Shown here piece by piece: positions 1 to 6,735 of a DNA stretch of 18,184 nt. A model generated the notes under the pieces. That model was not told the DNA's origin and made no database searches. It was given only the letters and a program-made list of their open reading frames with translations. Origin of the DNA: Candidatus Woesearchaeota archaeon (GTDB taxonomy: Archaea; Nanobdellota; Nanobdellia; SCGC-AAA011-G17; GW2011-AR20); the NCBI GenBank assembly GCA_018303005.1, contig JAGVYY010000044.1:1-18184 (forward strand), read 5' to 3'. How positions within the stretch are numbered: the stretch's first letter is position 1; each line of letters opens with the position of its first letter. The position numbers and the translations under genes are program-made.

Positions 1-1111
1 TAGCTGTTTCTATCTCTTTCTTTTTATCATTTATATCTCTTCTTATTGCCTGCATTACATCATCAAATGCAGCATAGACATCTCCATCTTTTTCACTATG
101 AATATATTGTTTTGCTAATACGCCTGAATAAGGAACTGTAAATCTTAATGCATCTAAAAACATTGATGTTGTATCTATATTTTCATAACCTCTCTCTTCT
201 GCTATTATTTCTAATGCTTGAGATAAGCCAATAGAAGCTAAAACTGCTCTCTTTGATAAAGGCATTATCTTTGATTCATCTGTATCTTGTCTTATTTCAT
301 TGACATTAGGCCATAATTGATCAATGGCTCTTTTACTGTGTCTTCTTGTATTTTCTAAATAATCTAAACCCTTATGAAAATAAACACCTAAAACAGGTAA
401 AATAGAAGGTAATTCCCTATCTTTAAATGCTTGATGTAATACTAGAATATCATCTAAAGAATCTTTGCTTTTGTCTGGTAATGTAGCTCTCGGATCTTTT
501 TTACTGCCAAATATATGAACATCATCTTCTTCTGTAGTTATGTAATCAGGATCGTCTAATTTAATAATAATGTGCATTCTGTCTTTTAATGCCCTGTCTG
601 TATCTGAAATTCCAACATAAGCACCATCTCCAATATTACCGGATGCATAACCAACTACATAATCATTTTTTCCTAATCTAAAAACCTCACCATTATGAAC
701 TAATTTTCCATCAAAGAAATTGAAGAAATAATTCATCACAATTGGCGGGCATCTGTTTAATTCATCTACATAATAAAGATTTTTTCTTACATTTTCAGTT
801 AATTCAACTAAATCTCTTGTTGATGCTACTTTTCCTATATTACCTAAATTTAATTGCTTAAGTATTTCAGAAGGCTCAAAATCAGGCCTGCCTTCATTAT
901 AACAATAACTATCCCCAAAATAACCAGCTAAATCATTAGCTAATTGGGTTTTACCTTCTCCTGTTGCACCAACTAAATAAACATTTAATCCAGATGTTAA
1001 AGGAGCTGTAATAAGGATATCTCTCATTGAATATGGAATTCCGCCTATATCTACTGTTCTTGAATTTCTATAACTCCCTTGTTCTGATAATTTATCTATT
1101 TTATTTCTCAT
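1..1111 (-). CDS. MoxR-like AAA+ ATPase (5' part of gene; runs off left edge of window)
   Basis: Not in the ORF track because it is open to the window edge. Hand translation from ATG (cat at 1109-1111) gives MRNKIDKLSEQGSYRNSRTVDIGGIPYSMRDILITAPLTSGLNVYLVGATGEGKTQLANDL... Walker A is GATGEGKT, Walker B-like is YYVDELNRCPP, and ALKDRM matches the MoxR/AAA_5 AxxDRF motif. No stop occurs over about 370 codons in AT-rich DNA. Confidence 0.7.
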   Translation of the reverse strand, partial: MRNKIDKLSEQGSYRNSRTVDIGGIPYSMRDILITAPLTSGLNVYLVGATGEGKTQLANDLAGYFGDSYCYNEGRPDFEPSEILKQLNLGNIGKVASTRDLVELTENVRKNLYYVDELNRCPPIVMNYFFNFFDGKLVHNGEVFRLGKNDYVVGYASGNIGDGAYVGISDTDRALKDRMHIIIKLDDPDYITTEEDDVHIFGSKKDPRATLPDKSKDSLDDILVLHQAFKDRELPSILPVLGVYFHKGLDYLENTRRHSKRAIDQLWPNVNEIRQDTDESKIMPLSKRAVLASIGLSQALEIIAEERGYENIDTTSMFLDALRFTVPYSGVLAKQYIHSEKDGDVYAAFDDVMQAIRRDINDKKKEIETA

Positions 1112-1253
1112 TTTCTGCCTCTTTAACAACATTAATCTTAACCTCCACAATAGTTTTTGGCTTTAATTCTTCATTAAGAAAACTAGGAATTACTATTACA
1201 GACTGACTTCCATGTTTTGCTATTTTCTTTGTTATTGTAAAAGTTTTTAACAT
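1101..1253 (-). CDS. Small (50 aa) AbrB/SpoVT-like swapped-hairpin DNA-binding protein, putative
   Basis: Below the ORF-track size cutoff. Hand translation gives MLKTFTITKKIAKHGSQSVIVIPSFLNEELKPKTIVEVKINVVKEAENEK. The G-S-x-x-V-x-IP...V-x-V-x-I pattern resembles AbrB-like small archaeal proteins. The stop overlaps the ATPase start by 11 nt, which suggests translational coupling. Confidence 0.4.
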   Translation of the reverse strand: MLKTFTITKKIAKHGSQSVIVIPSFLNEELKPKTIVEVKINVVKEAENEK

Positions 1254-1308
1254 TTTCTTATTCAATTTTATGTATAAATTACCACTTTATTATGGTAATA
1301 AATTATAT

Positions 1309-1345
1309 ATAAAGCTTTCTATTTTAACTATTTTATAGTAGATAT
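1309..1345 (-). promoter_or_regulatory. Conserved promoter/operator module, copy A (BRE/TATA plus tandem TAAAATAG repeats)
   Basis: The minus strand reads ATATCTACTATAAAATAGTTAAAATAGAAAGCTTTAT(ATA). This gives a purine-rich BRE-like AGAAAG, then a TTTATATA box, about 52 nt upstream of the ATG at 1253. It is 34/37 identical to 4924-4960. Confidence 0.5.
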
Positions 1346-1395
1346 AAATAAGCGAAAGATAATTAAAATAAAAATTCGAGTTATAAATCTAAAAA

Positions 1396-2769
1396 ATGGC
1401 TTATGAATTCAGATTTCCAGATGTTGGAGAAGGAATTACAGAAGGTAGTATAGTCAAATGGAGGGTTAAAGAAGGCTCTAACATAAAAAAAGACCAGGTA
1501 ATTGCTGAGATTGAAACAGACAAGGCTGTTGCTGAAATTCCAAGTCCTGTTGCAGGCAAGGTCTTAAAAATTAGATTCAAGGAAGGAGAAACCATAAAAG
1601 TTGGAGAGGTTTTGATAATAATAGATGATGGGTCTGCTGCAAATGCTGGAAAAAAAGAGACTGATGAAAGCAATGAATTTGTCAAGGAACAGCAAAAGAA
1701 CAATGCTAAAGACATTAAAGAGATAAAGACAACAGCAAAAGCCCAAAAAATTAAAAAATCTGTAGGTGTTGTTGGAGAATTAGAAGAAGACAATGGGAAA
1801 ACTCATTCTAGTATAAGCTCTAGGGTTGATATTGAAACACCTAAAATTAGAGTGACATTGTTTGTCAGAAAATTAGCCCAGGCATTAAATGTTGATATCT
1901 CAAAAATAAAGGGAACTGGAAACAACGGACTGATAACTGAAGATGATGTCAAGAATGCTGTCCAGCCAGGAAACTTGCAAGGTTCCATTGAAAGAAATAT
2001 CCCAGATGACCAAAATGCTGAACCTGATACAAACAAAGAGAAGACAAATGAAGTCAAACCAGTCAGAAAATACGACATGTTTGGATATATAGACAGGGTT
2101 CTGTTAAAAGGTATAAGAAAGATAACAGCAAAACACATGATTGAATCTGAGAATAAGGCTGTCCATGTCACACATATTGATGAGGCTGATATCAGCAACC
2201 TAGATAATATAAGAGAAAGAGAAAAAATAAATGCTGAGAAAAAAGGAACCAAACTGACATTTCTGCCATATGTCATGAAAGCCTGTGTTGATGCTCTGAA
2301 GAAGCATCCTTACCTGAATGCTTCAATTGATGAAGAGAACAATGACATTCTGCTGAAGAAGTATTATAACATTGGGTTTGCTGTTGACACAGAAGATGGG
2401 TTGATTGTACCTGTGATGAAAGGAGCTGACCAGAAAAATGTATTTGACATTGCAAAAGAAATCGGAAACCTAAGTGAACAAGCCAGAACGAGAAAGATAG
2501 ATTTATTTGACCTAAAGGGAGGGACATTCACAATAACCAACATAGGTTCTATTGGAGGATTATATGCCACCCCAATAATAAACTTCCCTGAATCTGCTAT
2601 CTTGGGATTAGGAAGAGCTTATGATAAGCCTGTTGTTGTAAATGGAAAGATCGAGATTAGAAAAGTATTACCTTTTTCACTGTCATTTGACCATAGGATT
2701 CTGGATGGAGCAGAGGCTGCAAGATTTGCCAATGACATGAAAAAAGTTTTAGAAGAAGCTAATTTTTAG
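1396..2769 (+). CDS. 2-oxoacid dehydrogenase complex E2 component (dihydrolipoamide acyltransferase)
   Basis: N-terminal lipoyl domain with IETDKA lipoyl-lysine motif. Peripheral-subunit-binding domain (VRKLAQALNVDISKIKGTGNNGLITEDDV). C-terminal catalytic domain with the DHRILDG active-site motif. Confidence 0.9.
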   Translation: MAYEFRFPDVGEGITEGSIVKWRVKEGSNIKKDQVIAEIETDKAVAEIPSPVAGKVLKIRFKEGETIKVGEVLIIIDDGSAANAGKKETDESNEFVKEQQKNNAKDIKEIKTTAKAQKIKKSVGVVGELEEDNGKTHSSISSRVDIETPKIRVTLFVRKLAQALNVDISKIKGTGNNGLITEDDVKNAVQPGNLQGSIERNIPDDQNAEPDTNKEKTNEVKPVRKYDMFGYIDRVLLKGIRKITAKHMIESENKAVHVTHIDEADISNLDNIREREKINAEKKGTKLTFLPYVMKACVDALKKHPYLNASIDEENNDILLKKYYNIGFAVDTEDGLIVPVMKGADQKNVFDIAKEIGNLSEQARTRKIDLFDLKGGTFTITNIGSIGGLYATPIINFPESAILGLGRAYDKPVVVNGKIEIRKVLPFSLSFDHRILDGAEAARFANDMKKVLEEANF

Positions 2770-3849
2770 GCTTTTATAAATTTTTATATACTTGTTTATT
2801 TCAATATTAGATATCTCACTTGGGAACATTTCTTTAAATTCTTTAGAAAATTTTCTTCTTAATCTATATGTATTACTGTATTTTGCATATCCTAACCATC
2901 CTTCAACGCTAGAATAAATTTTATCATAATCAATTCCATTATTATCAAATTTCTTTTTAAATATTAAAAGTTGTCTTTGCATTTTATTTATATTGCTTTT
3001 CTTCAACAATTTATGATAATAAAAAACTCTAAAACCCGGTAGACCTACTCCTTTATTTAAAAGGATAATCTTAGATTTATCAGGATGTAACTCTAATTTT
3101 ATTGCTTTTAATAATTCATTGATTTTATTTTTATAATCAAATAGAATTAATTTACTATAATCCAATATCACAAAATCATCAACATATCTTATATAATATT
3201 TTGCTCTTAATTCGTGTTTAACAAACCGATTGAGTTCATTTAAATAAATGTTAGCAAAGAACTGAGAAGTTAAATTCCCTAGAGGCATACCTTTATTTTT
3301 TTCTTTAAAATAATAGTTTTCTAAAATTATTTTTATTAACCATATTACTCTGTTATCTTTTATCTTTCTTTTAATAAGATTCAATAAAACTTCATGATTA
3401 ACAGTTTCAAAGTAATGTTTAATATCTGGTTTCAGTACATATACCTTCTTAGTATTATTATGACTTATTTTTCTTTTAAAACAATCAAATCTTTTTAAAG
3501 CTTTTAATGTTCCTTTATCTTTTCTATTAGCATAAGAATCATAAATAAAAGTTTTATCAAGTATTGGTTCTAGGATATTAACTAAAGCATGATGAACTAC
3601 CCGATCTCTAAATTTTGATTTGCTTATCTTTCTAGTTTTTGGATCTTTAATAATAAATGTTTTTAATGGATTTGGCTTGTAAGTATAAAATAATAATTCA
3701 TATCTTAATTGCAGCAAATTATCTTCTAAATTATTCTCAAATTCAAGAACATAATATTTTAGAGTTTTATGTTTTCTTGCTTTTTTAAAAGCTAGCTCTA
3801 AGTTTTCATAATTACATAGATCATTCCATAAATTTTTATAGGTCTTCAT
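2749..3849 (-). CDS. DGR-type reverse transcriptase
   Basis: YVDD catalytic box (YIRYVDDFVIL). Motif 4 is PLGNLTSQFFANIYL, matching the DGR hallmark [LIV]GxxxSQ rather than the group II intron QGxxxSP. The N-terminus (FENL..AFKKARKHK..., IKDPKTRKIS..FRDRVVHHAL) is typical of DGR RTs. A TR lies immediately upstream on the same strand. Confidence 0.85.
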   Translation of the reverse strand: MKTYKNLWNDLCNYENLELAFKKARKHKTLKYYVLEFENNLEDNLLQLRYELLFYTYKPNPLKTFIIKDPKTRKISKSKFRDRVVHHALVNILEPILDKTFIYDSYANRKDKGTLKALKRFDCFKRKISHNNTKKVYVLKPDIKHYFETVNHEVLLNLIKRKIKDNRVIWLIKIILENYYFKEKNKGMPLGNLTSQFFANIYLNELNRFVKHELRAKYYIRYVDDFVILDYSKLILFDYKNKINELLKAIKLELHPDKSKIILLNKGVGLPGFRVFYYHKLLKKSNINKMQRQLLIFKKKFDNNGIDYDKIYSSVEGWLGYAKYSNTYRLRRKFSKEFKEMFPSEISNIEINKYIKIYKSLKISFF

Positions 3850-3880
3850 TAATATTGGCTTGACATTTACCTGGATTATT

Positions 3881-3962
3881 CCAACGAAACGCCCATTGTT
3901 GTTGAGATTGTTGTTGTCATTAAGACCATTGTTGTAGTTGTTGCCAAGATACAGCAGGCGCC
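3881..3962 (-). repeat. DGR template repeat (TR), non-coding
   Basis: The minus strand reads CGCCTGCTG TAT CTT GGC AAC AAC TAC AAC AAT GGT CTT AAT GAC AAC AAC AAT CTC AAC AAC AAT GGG CGT TTC GTT GG. There are 11 AAY codons in the VR frame. It is homologous to 4284-4362 and sits 31 nt upstream of the RT start. Confidence 0.7.
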
Positions 3963-4153
3963 ACCGAGTAGCTCTTTCACTTTAAAAAGCACTGCTACTT
4001 TATCTTTCATTTCTTACTAGATGTTATAACTGTATTTCACAACCATCAATTAAAATGGTCATAGCAAAAGAGCATGTAACCCAGACAATACTCCAACTTT
4101 GCTAATTGAATAATGTCAAGGTAAAATAAAAAAGAAATAATTGATATAAAAGA

Positions 4154-4868
4154 TTATTGGTGTAATGATCTTAATCTTGCTTCGTATTCTTCTCTTGCTA
4201 TCTGAGGAACAAAATCCTCTGAAATCTTTAATATTTGCTCTAAGCAGGGGTGTAAAATTTTTTGCGGGACGTCATCGCGTACCCCGACGAAACGCCCATT
4301 ATTGTTGATGCAGTTGATGCCATCAAGGCCATTAATATCGTAGATGAGGTACACTAGGCGTCCTAATGGCTGTTCACGTAAATCATCAGAATGCCAAATT
4401 CCTATTTGATCACCATAAACTTCTTCATGTCTTTCCAAATATCTTTGAGCTCTTTCTTCTCCACCTAAAAAAGGTATTGTTTGTGGATGTTTTAGAGCTC
4501 TTTTGACAGGAATTATTCCAGATTTAGAGTTCTTTAATTCTTCATAATCTACTACAAAAACTAATTTATTTCCTTGTTGATCTTTAATCCCTTCAAGATC
4601 AACTAATCTTTGAAATTCTTCCTGTGGTATTATCCCAGCATAATTTACTAATCTGTTTTCTTCAATAGTTTTCCTTATATTTCCATGATCAGAAAAATAA
4701 TTATCAACATGACCATAAACAACAACAGGATTTCCTTGCCTTGTTATTCCAGTTGCTCTAATGCTTGGAGATGTAAACCAGGTTTGCCATATTCTTGAAC
4801 CTTTATCAGAAAAATTCTTTTCCTTCTAAATACCTTGTTACAGGAACTTTTATTATTTCGTTTGACAT
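4154..4868 (-). pseudogene. DGR target (variable) protein gene, interrupted by a 1-nt frameshift in an A4/T5 run near 4806-4822
   Basis: ATG at 4868 gives MSNEIIKVPVTRYLEGKEFF then a stop at 4806-4808. The adjacent frame is open with no stop from 4825 to 4154: KEKNFSDKGSRIWQTWFTSPSIRATGITRQGNPVVVYGHVDNYF...LVYLIYDINGLDGINCINNNGRFVGVRDD...RSLHQ. The ORF track only reports the last 94 aa, from a TTG at 4438. Removing one T from the TTTTT run restores a 237-aa ORF. Confidence 0.6.
4284..4362 (-). repeat. DGR variable repeat (VR) inside the target gene
   Basis: Hand alignment to the TR uses a +403 offset on the plus strand. The 3' block is identical (AATGGGCGTTTCGT). TR AAY codons are replaced by ATC, TAC, GAT, ATT, GGC, TGC and others, encoding YLIYDINGLDGINCINNNGRFVG. 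Confidence 0.6.
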
Positions 4869-4923
4869 TTTTGATCTTCTTTATTTTCTAAATCTTGTTA
4901 TAATATTAGATATTTGCTTATTT

Positions 4924-4960
4924 ATAAAACTTTCTATTTTTACTATTTTAGAGTAGATAT
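4924..4960 (-). promoter_or_regulatory. Conserved promoter/operator module, copy B (upstream of DGR target gene)
   Basis: The minus strand reads ATATCTACTCTAAAATAGTAAAAATAGAAAGTTTTAT(AAA). It is 34/37 identical to 1309-1345. The BRE/TATA-like end lies about 53 nt upstream of the ATG at 4868. It overlaps the last codons of the HAD gene. Confidence 0.5.
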
Positions 4961-5541
4961 TTATTTAGCTCATAAATTAGTTCCTTGTATCCTGTAAAAA
5001 CAATACCTTTAATGCCGAGCTCATTGGCCACTAAGACATTTTCTTCCCTGTCATCAATGAAAATACATTCTTCTGGTTTTAGCTTTGATTTTTTCAGAAC
5101 ATAATCATAGATTTTTTTGTCTGGCTTGGCCATCTTGATTTCATTAGATAGGTATACCTTATCAAAAATAGAATAAAGGCCTCTCTTGTAATTAATTTCA
5201 GCATGCACTGGATTTGCATTTGACAGGACTATAAGTGAATATTTCATCTGCTTCAATCTTTTGATTAACATCACTATATCATTGTTTATTGTTTTTTGCA
5301 TGTATATCTCTTTCCAGTATCTTGCTAGCATATTCTTATTGATGCTTAGCTCATCTGCAATTCTTTTTATGAATTCATCTTCTGTGATTTCTCCGATCTT
5401 GGCCCGGTTCATATGCTTGTCTTTTGCAGCAATAAACAGTTTAGGGTTTATGTTGAATCTTTTTGCTATCTCTTCATATTGCAGTGATATAGATTCATTG
5501 AAAAGAACCCCGCCAATATCAAAGATTATGGCTTTTATCAT
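4948..5541 (-). CDS. HAD-superfamily hydrolase (subfamily IA-like phosphatase)
   Basis: Motif I is IIFDIGGVL (DxG variant of DxDG). Motif II is VLSNA. Motif III/IV is K...FIDDREENV. Length of 197 aa is typical. Confidence 0.8.
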   Translation of the reverse strand: MIKAIIFDIGGVLFNESISLQYEEIAKRFNINPKLFIAAKDKHMNRAKIGEITEDEFIKRIADELSINKNMLARYWKEIYMQKTINNDIVMLIKRLKQMKYSLIVLSNANPVHAEINYKRGLYSIFDKVYLSNEIKMAKPDKKIYDYVLKKSKLKPEECIFIDDREENVLVANELGIKGIVFTGYKELIYELNKYLL

Positions 5542-5560
5542 AAAAATACTAAAAATACAA

Positions 5561-5570
5561 AATATTTAAA
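5561..5570 (+). promoter_or_regulatory. TATA-like box for the SRP RNA gene
   Basis: AATATTTAAA lies about 25-30 nt upstream of the inferred SRP RNA 5' end. Confidence 0.35.
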
Positions 5571-5591
5571 AGTTTAGTATTCCATATAATA

Positions 5592-5868
5592 GTGGTAGGC
5601 TAGGTTGGGAATTTGGCCCTATTCCTGTTGCCGTAAACGGGCCTCATGACGGAACTGAAGCTTGGGAGGCGGTATATTGGTATGTTATCTGCCTTGATCC
5701 AGACAAAGATCTTCTGCCCTATTTGGCTGGTATTTTTGGAAACCCAGTCAGGCTAGGAATAGAGCAGCTGTAACCATTGGTATTGGCGCTTATAGGATTA
5801 CAGAAGGGAGAAAGGATCAAGATAACAAATAACATATCTTTATACCCACTTCCTTGCAAGCCTACTTT
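5592..5868 (+). ncRNA. Signal recognition particle RNA (archaeal 7S / SRP RNA)
   Basis: An ORF-free island of about 280 nt, GC-richer than its surroundings. The 5' GGUAGGCUAGGUUGGGAAUUUGGCCCUAUUCCUGUUGCCGUAAACGGGCC resembles the archaeal Alu-domain start (GGCUAGGC.GGG...CCUGUAACCGGAAACC). The helix-8 motif is CAGUCAGGCUA-GGAA-UAGAGCAGC, with a GGAA tetraloop at 5756-5759. The 5' GGUAGGC pairs with the 3' GCCUAC (5860-5865). UAUGUUAUCUGCCUUGAUCC pairs with GGAUCAAGAUAACAAAUAACAUA as a long helix 5. A U-tract follows. Confidence 0.8.
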
Positions 5869-5883
5869 ATTATTAAAAGGACA

Positions 5884-6486
5884 ATGAACAAAATGAAAGA
5901 TGCATCATCATGGGATGAATTGTACAAAAAACAGGATATAAAAAAACTTCCTTGGTTCAATCCGAAACTGGATTTTGACTTACAGGAATTTATATTAAAG
6001 TATAATGCTGAAAAATCAAGCATTCTGAATCTGGGAGAAAGTCCTGGAACCCAGGCTGTTGAATTATCAAAACTGGGCTTCAAGGTTACAGCAATAGACA
6101 TATCAAGAAATGCTATTGAGAAAGCAAGGAAATTAGCTAAAAAAAACAAAGTTATCGTGGATTTCAGAATTGACAATGTCATTAACATAAAAATCAAGAA
6201 AAAATTTGATTACATATTTGACAGAGGATGCTTTCATGTTCTAAATCCCAATGAAAGAGAGAGATACATCAAGAATGTTTATTCTTTGCTGAACAAAAAA
6301 GGATATTTGCTTCTGAAATGCTTCAGTTATAAAGAAAAAGATTATGGGCCAAGCAGGTTTAGGCCATCAGAAATTGAGTTCTATTTCAGCAGGAAATTTA
6401 GAATTTTAGATATAATAGAAACAAGCTTTAATGTAGACAAAAAGAAAAAACATCCTATTACTTTATTTATTATTATGAGAAAATGA
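5884..6486 (+). CDS. Class I SAM-dependent methyltransferase
   Basis: Motif I-like is ILNLGESPGTQAVELSKLGFKVTAIDIS. Post-I acidic residue and DRGCFHVL (motif III/IV) are present. The start is moved from the track TTG at 5854 to the ATG at 5884 because 5854-5868 lies inside the SRP RNA terminal helix. Confidence 0.75.
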   Translation: MNKMKDASSWDELYKKQDIKKLPWFNPKLDFDLQEFILKYNAEKSSILNLGESPGTQAVELSKLGFKVTAIDISRNAIEKARKLAKKNKVIVDFRIDNVINIKIKKKFDYIFDRGCFHVLNPNERERYIKNVYSLLNKKGYLLLKCFSYKEKDYGPSRFRPSEIEFYFSRKFRILDIIETSFNVDKKKKHPITLFIIMRK

Positions 6487-6735
6487 GAAAAGAAAGATTG
6501 TATTTGATACCTGATACTTTTGACATGCTGAATTAGTTTTCTCTAAATTGTTTGAGATAATAAGCATTAGTAAGTTGCATTGATGGAGAGTATACAATGG
6601 AAATGACAAAACATATCATCATCTGAATTATGAACAGGTATGTTCTGATGTTACAAAGATTATTCGTCTGAAATTCGTTCAATTCATAACAAAACTTATA
6701 AATTTTTGGAGGTTATAATTTTGTTAGAATAAATA

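Noticed and set aside
1401-2570. Five minus-strand ORFs in the track (1401-1793, 1564-1746, 1803-2276, 2273-2527, 2364-2570)
   Set aside because: All lie antisense to the E2 gene, which has unambiguous lipoyl, E3-binding and DHRxxDG motifs. Their products are low-complexity and hydrophobic, as expected for shadow ORFs.
4154-4438. The 94-aa ORF as a stand-alone gene starting at TTG 4438
   Set aside because: The same frame stays open for 129 further codons upstream to 4825 without any start codon. A promoter-proximal ATG at 4868 lies one frame away. A frameshifted longer gene explains this better.
5261-6197. Track ORFs 5261-5569 (+) and 5862-6197 (-)
   Set aside because: They are antisense shadows of the HAD hydrolase and methyltransferase genes, with no recognisable motifs.
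6590-6700. Possible C/D-box sRNA (TGATGG…CTGA…TGATGT…CTGA) in the 245-nt gap before 6736
   Set aside because: The box sequences are imperfect and the spacings (about 42 nt and 16 nt) do not fit the archaeal 12-nt guide architecture. I found no terminal stem.
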